IMG/VR virus record: IMGVR_UViG_3300010396_000045 | Coordinates: 29,590-93,589 of that record | DNA: 64,000 nucleotides | Source: a virus | Strand: one strand, 5' to 3' | Shown: piece after piece, positions 34,950 through 45,226 of the stretch | Position numbering within the stretch: the stretch's first letter is position 1 | Layout of the letters: each line of letters begins with the position of its first letter | Program-made: the position numbers and the translations under genes | The notes under the pieces: model-generated | What the model saw: the letters and a program-made list of their open reading frames with translations, nothing else | Told to the model about the DNA's origin: nothing | The model's database searches: none

Positions 34950-36130
34950 ATCGCCCGACGAGGCACCGCACGACGGGCACGCAGGCCAGCGGGACGGTCG
35001 ACAAAACGCCGCACCGCATCCTTAGCCGATCCCTTGAAGAAATGCCGCGACTTGTCGTCTACGTCAGGCTTGTCTGCTCCTCGGTCGGGTCCGGACATCG
35101 GCTGGCCACGACCAGATACCTCTCCGAGCTTCAGGGAGCCAGCAACAACGTCTGCATCGGCGATACGGATAGCGTCCTGGGTGCCGAAGCCAAGGCCGAG
35201 CGCATCACGGAATCTACGCCGCACGCGAGCTTTGTCCTGCATCTGCCAGGTGTCGTGCCCGCCCTTGCCAGTGCCCCAGGTGTTGCCGAACTGGAGCACC
35301 TTTGGTAGCGGCTCACCGGCTCGCACAGCATCACGCACGCGCTTGCGGAAGGCGTCCTTGGTCGGGAGAGCGTCATACATCGAATTCTCGTAGGCGTCCG
35401 CCGGCTTGCTCGATACCGGATTGGAGGGGAAATCGACCTCCTCCGCAGCCGCAGCCTCGTCGAGAAAGCGCTTGATGGTCCTGCGGTCGCGAGACATGGC
35501 GCGGTCTCCAGACTCATGATGTTCGACAAGCGCCTTAATGGCATGCTTTTCGGAAGGAAAGCTCTTAGGGTTAACTCGCTTATTATATCCCCGCATCGCC
35601 GACATTGTCGCGCGAGCCGGGTGTAGACCCCTCGTAGTGTCGACCTCGCGACCGAGGAATTGCCCAGTCTTCTTGCTAAATGCCTGATGGCTGCTTTTCG
35701 TTCCGGGAAGCTTAGCGACTGAGCCGATAGAGCCGGTTTCCGGATGATGAACGTCTAAGCGGCCATTCTCTTGCCGATGCGTCGAGTATGTAGTGCCGCT
35801 TGCTGATGCAAACTTTCCATCAGGATCGCGCCCTTGTTCGTCCTTCGCACTATGCAATGCGGCTGCGACTGCTTGCTTTTGTGGGTGTCCGGAGTGGACC
35901 ATCTCCGAGATGTTCTCGGAAATCACCTTGCGGCTGGACCCCTCTTTTAATGGCATGTCAGTCGTCCTTGCGTCATGCGTGGCGCGTGCGAACAACTCGC
36001 ACCAGTATTCCGGGTCTATGGGGCTTTCGACTAGCTCGCAGGCACTGGGAGCGAGGAAATGCTTGCATATGCCGCAGTGCGATTCCGGCATCCCCTTGCT
36101 ATAGTCGACGGACTCGTGAGACCGCTTCAT
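34946..36130 (-). CDS. Multi-module head-associated protein with N-terminal HiPIP-like 4-Cys motif
   Basis: [24 protein letters not shown]; [22 protein letters not shown]; RDPDGKF. Confidence 0.6.
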   Translation of the reverse strand: MKRSHESVDYSKGMPESHCGICKHFLAPSACELVESPIDPEYWCELFARATHDARTTDMPLKEGSSRKVISENISEMVHSGHPQKQAVAAALHSAKDEQGRDPDGKFASASGTTYSTHRQENGRLDVHHPETGSIGSVAKLPGTKSSHQAFSKKTGQFLGREVDTTRGLHPARATMSAMRGYNKRVNPKSFPSEKHAIKALVEHHESGDRAMSRDRRTIKRFLDEAAAAEEVDFPSNPVSSKPADAYENSMYDALPTKDAFRKRVRDAVRAGEPLPKVLQFGNTWGTGKGGHDTWQMQDKARVRRRFRDALGLGFGTQDAIRIADADVVAGSLKLGEVSGRGQPMSGPDRGADKPDVDDKSRHFFKGSAKDAVRRFVDRPAGLRARRAVPRRAI

Positions 36131-36452
36131 GTGCTCAGCCGAAGATCCACTGCCCGAGAAGCACCAAGCCCGATACCATCGCCGCTATGACGAGCGCCTC
36201 GATAAGCGGTCCCCAGTCAGTCATACGCGGCCGTCCTTCAGCGCCGCCAGCACATAGGGCCGGATAGAAGCCAGCAGTCCGGACTTAGGCGTAGGCCAGA
36301 ACGCATCTGGATAAGAAAAGTCGCCCAGGTGACGACGCGGCGGGCCAATATCTATCAGCCTAACAGTATCACCCTGCTCGACTAGAACGCAGGACAGCGG
36401 GTTGAACGAGCCGTCCTTCCGCTGCGCTACCTCTAGTTCCTTGACGGCCAAT

Positions 36453-37091
36453 CTATGCTCCGAACCACCTAGTAACGAGCTGAAAACCGGGATGCCCAGG
36501 CTCAGCACGGCGAATGGCCTTGTTGATAGCCTCCAGGTCGTCACGCTTGTTCACCGGCAGGAAACCGTCCTGCCATAGCTGGAAGCCCTGGTTGTAGACG
36601 ACGTGCAGCGAAACCTTGATCGGAGACTTCGACAGCTTCGGAGCACGAATAGGCTCCGAAGCACGACGCGGCAGCGGCATGCGCGGAGGCTTTCGCTCTA
36701 TGGCATGGACCGCCTTAACCTGCTTGAAATGCGCGGGCCGACGAATGTGCAGCCGCTTGGCCTCGTCGGCAAGCTGCGCAGACTTGATAAAGGAGCGGCC
36801 CTCCATAGCATTGAGCGCAGCGATAATATCGCCATGGCTATCGCCTGCCTGCCACATACGCTTGAAAGCCTCGCGGCGCTCATCAGACCATATAGCGCGA
36901 TCAGCATTAGGCCGACGCACATTCAATATACCGGCACGGTCACTGAGCTGCTGGCCCTTGGTAATCTTGATGCCAGGGAGGGAGTTCAACTCGTCGATAA
37001 TGTCCCGGGTCTGGTCTGTCGTAGGCCAGCGGCGCAGCAAGACCGCATCACGCTCCGAGGTCCACGGAGAAGGCATATGGTTGGCAGCCAT
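36453..37091 (-). CDS. Tandem GcrA-like HTH protein
   Basis: Two repeats WT/SxER..L/F.R.W..G...DII..LN..G..I....L...A..L.VRRP. Confidence 0.55.
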   Translation of the reverse strand: MAANHMPSPWTSERDAVLLRRWPTTDQTRDIIDELNSLPGIKITKGQQLSDRAGILNVRRPNADRAIWSDERREAFKRMWQAGDSHGDIIAALNAMEGRSFIKSAQLADEAKRLHIRRPAHFKQVKAVHAIERKPPRMPLPRRASEPIRAPKLSKSPIKVSLHVVYNQGFQLWQDGFLPVNKRDDLEAINKAIRRAEPGHPGFQLVTRWFGA

Positions 37092-37291
37092 TAGAGGCCA
37101 CGTTCCTCGCCGTTCGGCAATCCAACGCTACTAGCCGCCTGATTGTGTAGCTCCCGGTAGCGCTGCGCAGCCATACGAGCAGCCTGTATCTTCTCCGGGT
37201 TGGCAGGATCCGCGAAGACCGCTCTGCTCGCTTCTACCATCCGGTCGAACGCAGCGTCCGCTTCCGTATAGAAGCCGATATCGTCAGCCAT
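37091..37291 (-). CDS. Hypothetical protein
   Basis: TAATG coupling. Confidence 0.5.
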   Translation of the reverse strand: MADDIGFYTEADAAFDRMVEASRAVFADPANPEKIQAARMAAQRYRELHNQAASSVGLPNGEERGL

Positions 37292-37575
37292 TACCGGCCA
37301 CGCTTCGGAGATTTCATCTGGCGAGCAGCCTCGTCAGCCATGACTTCCTCGAGCAGAATCCGCTTAGCCTCTAGCCGGCGCTTATGCTCGGCCCACTCCG
37401 GCGTTCCCTCCTTAGGAGCAAACGAAGGAGGGTCTGGCATATGCATACGAACAAAGTCGCTGTCGGCATACTCCTCGGGGATCTCGTGCGTCTTTCCCCC
37501 CTCGTATCGCGTCACCGTGCCGTCGACGTTTAGGTTCATAGTCTTAGCCAGTAATACGCTCTTCGTCCCAGCCAT
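37291..37575 (-). CDS. Small virion-associated protein (Ig-like)
   Basis: YEGGKTHEIPEEYADSDFV pattern typical of small genes downstream of capsid genes. Confidence 0.5.
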   Translation of the reverse strand: MAGTKSVLLAKTMNLNVDGTVTRYEGGKTHEIPEEYADSDFVRMHMPDPPSFAPKEGTPEWAEHKRRLEAKRILLEEVMADEAARQMKSPKRGR

Positions 37576-37581
37576 CGTGCC

Positions 37582-37827
37582 TTATGCCTTGCGAATAACC
37601 ATGATCGTGTTGCGCGCCGTCATACCGTGCGTGCCGGTAAACGCGCCGCTAGACTGGAGCGCCGATACCATGTTCGTCAGCGCCGTAGCGTTCGTCGTAT
37701 CGCTCAGGCCCGTAGCGGTCGTAGCCTCACCCCGTAGGCTCGCGATGCAGTTGTCGATGCCCATGTAATCCATGCGCTCCCGCACCCACGGCGGAATACC
37801 CGGTACTGGGCGGTAGTAAACGGCCAT
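37582..37827 (-). CDS. Hypothetical protein
   Basis: AAGGAG RBS. Confidence 0.55.
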   Translation of the reverse strand: MAVYYRPVPGIPPWVRERMDYMGIDNCIASLRGEATTATGLSDTTNATALTNMVSALQSSGAFTGTHGMTARNTIMVIRKA

Positions 37828-37836
37828 TGCTGCTCC

Positions 37837-38037
37837 TTACGCGCTGTAGACGCGCATCTCGATCTGTACGACGCGGTAGCCTTGCGATAGCGCCTTCTTC
37901 AGCGTCCCGCCGATGTTCTCAGCCGCCATACACTCAGCGCTCGCCTTATTCATGAGAGGCGTCGTTATCATTATGCCGTCTCTGTCCAGCACTATCCACG
38001 CCAAGCACGGCAGAGAGAAGCTGCACCAGGAGGTCAC
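37837..38037 (-). CDS. Hypothetical protein
   Basis: ORF track, co-oriented. Confidence 0.4.
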   Translation of the reverse strand: MTSWCSFSLPCLAWIVLDRDGIMITTPLMNKASAECMAAENIGGTLKKALSQGYRVVQIEMRVYSA

Positions 38038-38125
38038 TCGTCCGCCTTAGACGGCATCACCGGACTTAGCGCCGCCGCGATATTCATCAGCAGCGCTAGC
38101 GACATAAAGCCAGCCAGGAGCGTGA

Positions 38126-38458
38126 TCATGAGCGCGCCACCTTCAGGACGCGAGCATTTCGCCCGGTGCTGGTTGGCCGGCGCTCACCACAGTCCACAAG
38201 CAGACCCATCTTCACCAACTCAGTAGTGCGAGCGCTACAGTTCTGATGAGTCAGATCCAGAGCTACCTGGATCTCCTCGCTCGTCAGTCCGTGGTAGAAT
38301 GCAGCCACCAGTCGGCAGATACGGTCGTGCAAGTCGCTACGAGCCTTGGGAGTGATGCTTTTAGCCGCCGCCTCACTAGTGTCCGAACCCCGCACAAAGC
38401 CAGGAGCGTTAGGATATATCGGCTGCGAAGGGTCGTAGTCGTATGAGAACAGGTCCAT
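38126..38458 (-). CDS. Winged-helix DNA-binding protein
   Basis: DTSEAAA..GLTSEEI..SARTTELVKMGLL..RPTSTGRNA. Confidence 0.7.
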   Translation of the reverse strand: MDLFSYDYDPSQPIYPNAPGFVRGSDTSEAAAKSITPKARSDLHDRICRLVAAFYHGLTSEEIQVALDLTHQNCSARTTELVKMGLLVDCGERRPTSTGRNARVLKVARS

Positions 38459-38469
38459 TCGTGCCTGCC

Positions 38470-39951
38470 TTAGCTATTATGAGCGGCGAAGACCTTTTGC
38501 AGAGAAGCGCTGTCCACCAGGGCAGTGTCATGCCCAAATCCTGATGGCGTCTGCTCGCCCCACGAGTAGGCGATATCGAACGCAGGATTGGGCAGCAGGT
38601 CCTGCCAGCGATTCATCAGCGCGACCTCCTGGCTGTCGGTCGGCATGACCCAGTCACCAGACCCGTAATTGCCGAACGCCTGATACCAGGGAACCATTTG
38701 GCTGTCTGACCATCCTGCATTCTCCCAGGCGGTCACCCGGTCGTTTATGATGTCGAGGTTCATCCCACCGCTGAAGCCTGACTGCACCGGATAAGGGTCA
38801 ACACCGACCAAATCCTTACTGGTGGTCATATCCACGGCCGAGGGACCAAAAGCCGCAACCGGGCTGGTGTCGCTTCCAGTGTTTGTCGGAAGAATGAATA
38901 CCATCTTGGTCGGCGCATTGGTGTGGATATAATCCACTTCCGCCTTGAGATTGGCCGTATCGGACGAGGTCGCATCGTCGGCCAAATAATAGCCGTAGAT
39001 ATTGCTGTCAGAAGCGGTCGCCCCGATCGTGCTCTCGAAGCCTGACGTGTCCCCAGTGATAGGCAGAAACATCAATGCTTTATCGCCAGTCGGAAGACTG
39101 TCCGCCAGCGACTGAGACGAGACATCGGCGAGGTTGAAACCGTCGCTTCCGGGATCGCCTGCCGAGTCATAATTCCCGTTAGCGAAATTACCGTTCGGCG
39201 AGTAGTGCAGCGAGGTCGACGGAGCATTGAGCGTGTTGTGCGCCGAGAAAACCGCCTGCAGAGTAGTGTCGTTCTGGATCGCGGTATCGCTACCGACAAC
39301 ACCATAGGTCTGCGCGTAGTCGAACTTAGGCGTGGGCACAACGCTGCCCCATGCGCTGATAATCGCCTCTTCCTGCGTCTGCGTAGGCACGGCGAAGTTC
39401 GCGACATTCCCCTCGGCCTGGTAGCTCGGGATGATCTGCCCTACGTTCCAGCCATCCGTTTCCAGCGTACTAACGGCATCACCGATAATGCTGGTATCGA
39501 ACCCGGACGTAGTCGCCGGCCAGACGTTAGCCGTCACATAATCAGCGTCGGTATTCGTGGGCGTCGCGTAGTAGGACGGACTGGTCGGCGAGCCAGAATT
39601 GCTCGCGGTGATAAATGCGAACTTTCCAGGCGCATTTGCGTGGATATAGTCAATTTCCGACTTCACGTTGGCAGCGTTGGTCGAATCCACCTTGGCCACG
39701 TTGTAGCCGATAATCCGAGGGTCACTGGCCGTTGCGCTGATCGTGTTCTCGAAGGCGGTCGTAAGTCCGCCAGTCGCCCCGAGATACAGGATAGAATTAT
39801 ACTGAGACGGCAGATTATCGGCATCCGACTGATTGCTCACGTCGGCAAGATTGAACCCATACGGCGCATCGGCCAGAGAGTAGGTTCCACTATTATTTAC
39901 CACGTTGCCGTCGACGGCATAGTGCAGAAAGGTCTGTGGGCCGGTTGTCAT
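38470..39951 (-). CDS. Protein of two tandem glycoside-hydrolase-like barrel domains
   Basis: Duplicated LHY..GN..GFNLADVS..VFxAHN unit. Confidence 0.65.
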   Translation of the reverse strand: MTTGPQTFLHYAVDGNVVNNSGTYSLADAPYGFNLADVSNQSDADNLPSQYNSILYLGATGGLTTAFENTISATASDPRIIGYNVAKVDSTNAANVKSEIDYIHANAPGKFAFITASNSGSPTSPSYYATPTNTDADYVTANVWPATTSGFDTSIIGDAVSTLETDGWNVGQIIPSYQAEGNVANFAVPTQTQEEAIISAWGSVVPTPKFDYAQTYGVVGSDTAIQNDTTLQAVFSAHNTLNAPSTSLHYSPNGNFANGNYDSAGDPGSDGFNLADVSSQSLADSLPTGDKALMFLPITGDTSGFESTIGATASDSNIYGYYLADDATSSDTANLKAEVDYIHTNAPTKMVFILPTNTGSDTSPVAAFGPSAVDMTTSKDLVGVDPYPVQSGFSGGMNLDIINDRVTAWENAGWSDSQMVPWYQAFGNYGSGDWVMPTDSQEVALMNRWQDLLPNPAFDIAYSWGEQTPSGFGHDTALVDSASLQKVFAAHNS

Positions 39952-39994
39952 TCGGTCATTCCGATATAGTTGAATCTGTTGGATTCAGAGCCGC

Positions 39995-40321
39995 TTAGGA
40001 CCGCTCCGCCTTAAGGACGCGAGCTACGTCGGTGAGGATATCAAGACGACTACGGCGCGCCCTTACAGAGTCCAGGGTTATCTTTCTCCAGACGGCGTGG
40101 AGCACCTCGTTGCCGTCTAGCTGCTGCTTCTCTACCGCAGAGACAATCTGCCGGCAGACCATATCGTAGATAGCGTCCGCAGCGTCTTCTTCGGTGTAGA
40201 TCGAACAAGTAACGGGAGCCGTAGCATCTTCCCGGACGATAAGATCACGCTCCCAGGTGAGGGATACCTCACCCAGCCATTTGTCTGTAAGAGCGCCCAT
40301 TAGCCGCGCGCCTTCATCCAA
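39995..40321 (-). CDS. Hypothetical protein
   Basis: ORF track. Confidence 0.5.
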   Translation of the reverse strand: MDEGARLMGALTDKWLGEVSLTWERDLIVREDATAPVTCSIYTEEDAADAIYDMVCRQIVSAVEKQQLDGNEVLHAVWRKITLDSVRARRSRLDILTDVARVLKAERS

Positions 40322-40548
40322 AGGCCGAACATCTCTCTGACGATCTCGGACACAGTCTCTGGGCTATTCTTGTTGTCGAACATATCGAGGAGCATAATCC
40401 GGAAGACATCCTCGTAGACCAACTCACAGTCGGAGCTTGTCCGAGCCGCCTCAATACGGACGTCACCCTTCATGAGAGCGTAGATATCGCGAGCGATACG
40501 CTCCTCTTGCTTTGGCACGTAAGAAGCCGCATTTGTTTCGTCAGCCAT
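40300..40548 (-). CDS. Hypothetical protein
   Basis: GAGG RBS. Confidence 0.5.
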   Translation of the reverse strand: MADETNAASYVPKQEERIARDIYALMKGDVRIEAARTSSDCELVYEDVFRIMLLDMFDNKNSPETVSEIVREMFGLWMKARG

Positions 40549-40625
40549 GTGCAGGGTTCCTCTGCCTGTGGTCAGGATGGCCGGGGTGTTCGCCGCATCC
40601 CGACCATCCGTATCCTAAGCACATA

Positions 40626-40642
40626 CTATGCATTTTGCAAAG
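40626..40642. promoter_or_regulatory. 17-bp operator copy CTATGCA-TTT-TGCAAAG
   Basis: Intergenic consensus match. Confidence 0.65.
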
Positions 40643-40655
40643 TGGGGAATCGCTA

Positions 40656-40910
40656 CTACGAGGGGTTATTCTGCCCGTAGTGGATCCGCTCGTGGGTTGT
40701 CACATCGCGCGCTAAGTCGGCGCTGTTCCATCCACACTCGAACAGAAAGTGCGTAATCGTCACCCATAGGGCATACATCATGACTACTGGATCGACGTCC
40801 TCTTCCTCCACCACGCTGCCCATATCGTCCATGAGAGCGCAGAACGTGTCGTCGGCGATCTCTACTTCCCGGTCGAAGCGGTCCTGTTCCTCGGGAGTGA
40901 TATCGGTCAT
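40656..40910 (-). CDS. Acidic hypothetical protein
   Basis: ATGA coupling to HNH gene, GGAGG RBS. Confidence 0.55.
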   Translation of the reverse strand: MTDITPEEQDRFDREVEIADDTFCALMDDMGSVVEEEDVDPVVMMYALWVTITHFLFECGWNSADLARDVTTHERIHYGQNNPS

Positions 40911-41653
40911 GCTGCTTTCCTCCGCGCTCTCTTGGCTACAAACTCCTCAACCGTCAGAGTATTTTTCTGTCGGTTGCATGGCCCACAGACAAGGTGGAGG
41001 TTATCTGGCAAATTGGAGCCGCCGCGCGAGATAGGCAGCTTGTGGTCTATCTCGAAGTCCTCCCAAATCTCAGTGCAGCATCCAGGGATTCCGCAGACGC
41101 CGCCTTGGTAGACGAGTAATTCCGCAACTTGGCCTGTAGTCAGGCCAGCACCCTCCGCGCCATCGATAAGGCCCCGGCGCCGCAATCTGGCGACTCGCCC
41201 CTTGAGGCGTTCCCGATCTGGATGTTTTTGCCGCTGAAGCTTCCGATAGGCGCTATCATACGCGCGGACGTGCTCCGCCTTCTTATCACGCCAAGCCCGC
41301 ATGATCTTGCGGCGCTGCGCCCTTTGATCCGGCGTAAAACTCTCTCGCTTGAGGCGATCCTTCTCACGCGCAGCTTCGGGGTTCTCTCGTCGCTTCTTCT
41401 TGTTCCACGCTAGAACCCTAGCGTTATGCTTAGCCCGGTTCTCAGGCTTTGCATCGAGCCATGCGTAGTAATTCTGGACAGACGCGGCTCTACGCTCGGG
41501 GAGCGCCTCACACTCCATACAACTCCCGTTGCTGGTGCGGCGGGGAGCTAGATGCCCATTCTTGCACGGATTAGATGAGAGGTAAAAAGGCGAACCGATA
41601 GACTTGGCCTCTTGCCGCGAGCGCGGAAGGCCCTCAGAATCAGGGATAGCCAT
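40907..41653 (-). CDS. Free-standing HNH homing endonuclease
   Basis: CKNGHLAPR..CMEC; EIDHKLPISRGGSNLPDNLHLVCGPCNRQK; likely start MAIPD. Confidence 0.85.
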   Translation of the reverse strand: MAIPDSEGLPRSRQEAKSIGSPFYLSSNPCKNGHLAPRRTSNGSCMECEALPERRAASVQNYYAWLDAKPENRAKHNARVLAWNKKKRRENPEAAREKDRLKRESFTPDQRAQRRKIMRAWRDKKAEHVRAYDSAYRKLQRQKHPDRERLKGRVARLRRRGLIDGAEGAGLTTGQVAELLVYQGGVCGIPGCCTEIWEDFEIDHKLPISRGGSNLPDNLHLVCGPCNRQKNTLTVEEFVAKRARRKAA

Positions 41654-41741
41654 GCAGCAATTCATCCTTGCTGTTGTGGTTAGGGCCGCGTCGGTGCTCG
41701 AACACCGCCGTGGCCCGATCTATATAATACACTCCGATACG

Positions 41742-41758
41742 CTATGCAAGCTGCATAG
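41742..41758. promoter_or_regulatory. Perfect 17-bp operator CTATGCA-AGC-TGCATAG
   Basis: Between capsid stop and HNH; overlaps -35 (TTGCAT) of a leftward promoter. Confidence 0.7.
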
Positions 41759-41769
41759 CCTTTCGTTGC

Positions 41770-42945
41770 TCAGCCGATACCATCGACGCTAAAGCACGTC
41801 TCCGGGTACACGAACTCAACCACGCCAATTCGGCCGAAATAGGTGGTCAACTGAAACAAATTCCTGTATTCCAGGGGGGTCCGCTGCAAAGGAACCAACG
41901 GGAAGCGCACCCGATCCCGCTCCTTCGTATAGACGAACATCCGGTCGGTATTGCCCGTCCCGCGCCCTGTCAGCCACTTCACCGGCTGGATATTCAACGG
42001 CCTGCCATACGCTGCGTTCGACAAGCTGTTGTTGCGCAGGAATTCGAGGACAGACACGTTACCGGCGCTGGAGACCTTCTGGCTGACGAGGTAGCCGAAC
42101 TCGACGGGCGGAAGGCGCAGTTCGGTCGGCATGACGGCCCAGCCGCTGTTGGTCCAGCACTGCGTCAGAGCGGTATTGACGTCGGCCAGGATCGCGTCCG
42201 GCGTCTTGTCGATCCACTTGAGGCTGGTGGTCTGGCCGGTCGGCGAGGTAGCGCCAGCCTGGGCGGCGTTCGTGAACGAGACGAGCGTGTCGTTGTTCAC
42301 CAGGCCTTTCTGACCCAGACTGGTGTCGCCGATGTAGACCATCTCATCGACGTCCATCTGGTACTTGAGCTTGAGGCCGTCATACTTCTGCACGTCGATC
42401 GGGCGTCCGATCTTCTGCGCGGAAGCCAGCTCGGGCATCGTGTATTTCAGTTCCATCGCCCAGAGGTACAGGGGATGGGTGGTCTTACCGATGTCGAGAG
42501 CGATGCCGGTGATCTGGTTGGCATCTTTGGACAGCCACGCCTTGCCGGTCGGCACAACGCCGCCTGCTGATGCGAAGCTGGAGTTGGTGAAGGACGACAC
42601 TTCGTCTGCGATCGTGACGTCTTCACGGAGGTCGATATCGCGCCCCCAGGTTACGGCCACCAACGGGTCGTGGAGGGTCTGGTCGAGGCGCTCAAGTTCA
42701 CCGATGAGAAATGAGCCGGTCGAGTCCTTCGTGTAGGAGAACTCGTCGAAGGTCATAAACGAATCGGTCGTGTAGGCGCGGCCTTTGGATACGCCTTCAC
42801 GATAGCCGCGCTTCCAGTCAACGGTCATGCCGTTGTCGAAGCGGATGATGTCACCCTTGACGCGAGGGTCGCTGTGGCCGGGTTGGATCAGGTTTGGGCT
42901 GACATACGCCGAACGCGCACCGCCGTAGAGCAGGCGATTGCTCAA
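41770..42945 (-). CDS. Major capsid protein (DUF2184, HK97 fold)
   Basis: FLIGELERLD..WGRDIDLREDV, GVVEFVYP; synteny. Confidence 0.9.
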   Translation of the reverse strand: MSNRLLYGGARSAYVSPNLIQPGHSDPRVKGDIIRFDNGMTVDWKRGYREGVSKGRAYTTDSFMTFDEFSYTKDSTGSFLIGELERLDQTLHDPLVAVTWGRDIDLREDVTIADEVSSFTNSSFASAGGVVPTGKAWLSKDANQITGIALDIGKTTHPLYLWAMELKYTMPELASAQKIGRPIDVQKYDGLKLKYQMDVDEMVYIGDTSLGQKGLVNNDTLVSFTNAAQAGATSPTGQTTSLKWIDKTPDAILADVNTALTQCWTNSGWAVMPTELRLPPVEFGYLVSQKVSSAGNVSVLEFLRNNSLSNAAYGRPLNIQPVKWLTGRGTGNTDRMFVYTKERDRVRFPLVPLQRTPLEYRNLFQLTTYFGRIGVVEFVYPETCFSVDGIG

Positions 42946-43028
42946 TTTAAGAAACTCCTAGATTTGTCGGTTGATCCGTTCCCAGCGGTCCGACGCGATT
43001 TGAGAGGCGGCGTCGACGCCTCTCAGGC

Positions 43029-43538
43029 TCAGAGGTTGAAAGCGATCTCGACCATACCGTTCGAGTCAGCCGGACCCATGAAGTAGCTATTGGAGGTCAG
43101 CAGCACGGCGCTAGTCGTGGAACTCGCTTCAACGGAACCGAGCGAAGGATGCGTCGTGCTGGTAGTGCCGAGGAAAATCCAGGGAGCCCCTCCCTTCACA
43201 GCAGCCGCAGGTCCCTGGAGTTGAACGGTCATGTAACCGCGCTTCAGGATATCGACGAGACCCGAGGTGGGAGGCGTCGAGATGTTCAGAGGATCCTGGC
43301 TCGACTGCGTCGGGTATGGGCGGACGATAAAGCCGTAGGGCTGGCCTGTATCGCCGCTGGTCATGACGCGGACGTTGCCGACCTGGCCCGAAGTGCTGCT
43401 CAGCACAACAGGCAAGCCGTAAGCGAGAGGAGCCTCGCCAGCAGCGCTGCTGACAACCTGAGTTTCAATCGTGGCAGACGCAATACGGTTGACGTCGCCG
43501 GGGATGCCAGCAGGCATCCGGAACGCATAAGCAACCAT
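43029..43538 (-). CDS. Capsid decoration/cement protein
   Basis: RMPAGIPGDV, VRPYP, LKRGYMTV; between scaffold and capsid. Confidence 0.8.
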   Translation of the reverse strand: MVAYAFRMPAGIPGDVNRIASATIETQVVSSAAGEAPLAYGLPVVLSSTSGQVGNVRVMTSGDTGQPYGFIVRPYPTQSSQDPLNISTPPTSGLVDILKRGYMTVQLQGPAAAVKGGAPWIFLGTTSTTHPSLGSVEASSTTSAVLLTSNSYFMGPADSNGMVEIAFNL

Positions 43539-43571
43539 TTTCTATGTGGTCCTTAGTCTTGAATGGAGGAT

Positions 43572-45173
43572 TTAGTGGCGGGTCTGCTTCGCCCAGAAGT
43601 CTGCGTTCTTCTGGTTCATCTCAGCGACCTTGCTCTGCATGTTCTTGTTGCCTGGCATGTCGCGGTAGTTCACGCCGTCATGGACATAAGCTGCGCGCTT
43701 GCTGTTGGCCTGCTGGACCATGCTGCTTGCGGCGTTGAACAGCGTCTTGACGGCATCGCACGTCATCTGACGCAGTTCCGGACGGCCCTCGTGGATGCCC
43801 TCGATGACATCGCGAGTGTCGTCTTCCTTCAGCGCCTCGCCGAGCACCTTGCGACGGAAGCCGCACATAGCGTCCTGCGTGGACCTTGCTGACGCCTTGG
43901 CGTCGAACGTCGGCATGCGGATGCCAGGCGCGAGCACTTCGGCGCGGCTCAGCAATTCCTGCCAGGAGCCCTTGAGCGACGTGCTGTCGCCTACCATCGC
44001 CTTACGACGGCGGTCGCCGGTCAGATGGCCTTCCTCGGTCGGGCCACCAGTATCTTCGCGAGGAGCGTCATCCGGCATGTCGGTATCCGGAGCGGTCGGC
44101 GCTTCGTCGCGCGCACGGCCACGTCCGCCACGGTCGACGGTGCGACGGTCGCCGCCTGGAGGCGCTGACTCTTGCTCCTCAGGCGCTTCTTCCATGCCGT
44201 TGCCGCCTTCCTCTTGCGCGAGGATAGCGATGGCACGCTCTACGGCCTCCAGACGCTCCAGGATGCTCTGGAGGTCGCCGCCGCCTGCGCTTGCAGTGGG
44301 ATCACCACCACCAAACGACGGGGGAGAGCCGCCTTCGGCTTCGTCACCGCCCATGCTCATACCGCCGCCGCCGTTGTGGAGGTGGATGTGCATGCCGTTG
44401 TTGTCTGAGGTGGTCTTTGCCTCAATCGGCGCGTCGATCTTGGCGAAACCGCCTTGCTCGTTAGCGCCGGAGAGAACGTCACCCAGCATGCCAGTCACGC
44501 GCTGAAGCTCGGATACCAGTTCGTCGACTGTTTTCGCGTCTCCGGCCCGAGCGGCACGCGAGATGGCATCGCGGTAACGAGCTTGAATGGCGTCGAGAGA
44601 CACCATGCCACGCGAACCTGCCATTTCGTGGTCTCCAATGTAGCACTTAGGACCGCATCGACCTTTGTCGACTAGGGCCACATGATTGCCAACAATGAGG
44701 TGTTGGCGTCCTTCGCCGGGAGATATCTGGCTGTATTCGGCATCGTACCCGGCCGAAAGCTGCCTTTTGCCTTCCCGCACGTCCCTGATCGCGTCTGCGT
44801 CCTGAATGAGCAGGTCCGCATACAGAAAATCGCTGTCGAGCAGCGCCCCGTCTCCGCGATGGGGATTAAGCACGACGCCTATTGCGTAGTCTTTCCATGT
44901 CAGAGGATCGACCTTCTGAGGTGGGTGGTCGTTCGTGACAGGTTTTCCGTTGAATGAGGCGACGGCGATGGGCGCAAATACATCAGCCGCGTCTCGATGA
45001 ATCCTGATTATGCCGTCTGGCCCAGCCTCTACGGGCACTTCCCCCTGCGCATAAAGCATGGAGCCTGTGCGGGCTATCGGCGCGTCTTTTACGAGCAGGA
45101 ACCCCTCTGGCGTGAGTTCCTGGTGTACGCCGAGTTTTTCCGCAGTGTAAAAGCGAAGTACGGGATCGGGCAT
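43572..45173 (-). CDS. Prohead protease/scaffold (DUF2213)
   Basis: TPEGFL..PIARTG, PVTNDHP, LSAGY, NHVALVDKGRCG. Confidence 0.9.
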   Translation of the reverse strand: MPDPVLRFYTAEKLGVHQELTPEGFLLVKDAPIARTGSMLYAQGEVPVEAGPDGIIRIHRDAADVFAPIAVASFNGKPVTNDHPPQKVDPLTWKDYAIGVVLNPHRGDGALLDSDFLYADLLIQDADAIRDVREGKRQLSAGYDAEYSQISPGEGRQHLIVGNHVALVDKGRCGPKCYIGDHEMAGSRGMVSLDAIQARYRDAISRAARAGDAKTVDELVSELQRVTGMLGDVLSGANEQGGFAKIDAPIEAKTTSDNNGMHIHLHNGGGGMSMGGDEAEGGSPPSFGGGDPTASAGGGDLQSILERLEAVERAIAILAQEEGGNGMEEAPEEQESAPPGGDRRTVDRGGRGRARDEAPTAPDTDMPDDAPREDTGGPTEEGHLTGDRRRKAMVGDSTSLKGSWQELLSRAEVLAPGIRMPTFDAKASARSTQDAMCGFRRKVLGEALKEDDTRDVIEGIHEGRPELRQMTCDAVKTLFNAASSMVQQANSKRAAYVHDGVNYRDMPGNKNMQSKVAEMNQKNADFWAKQTRH

Positions 45174-45200
45174 TGAAAACGTACCTCGTAAGCACCTAGA

Positions 45201-45217
45201 CTATGCAAAACGCATAG
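45201..45217. promoter_or_regulatory. 17-bp operator copy CTATGCA-AAA-CGCATAG
   Basis: Intergenic, between divergent starts. Confidence 0.65.
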
Positions 45218-45226
45218 GAGCGCGCG

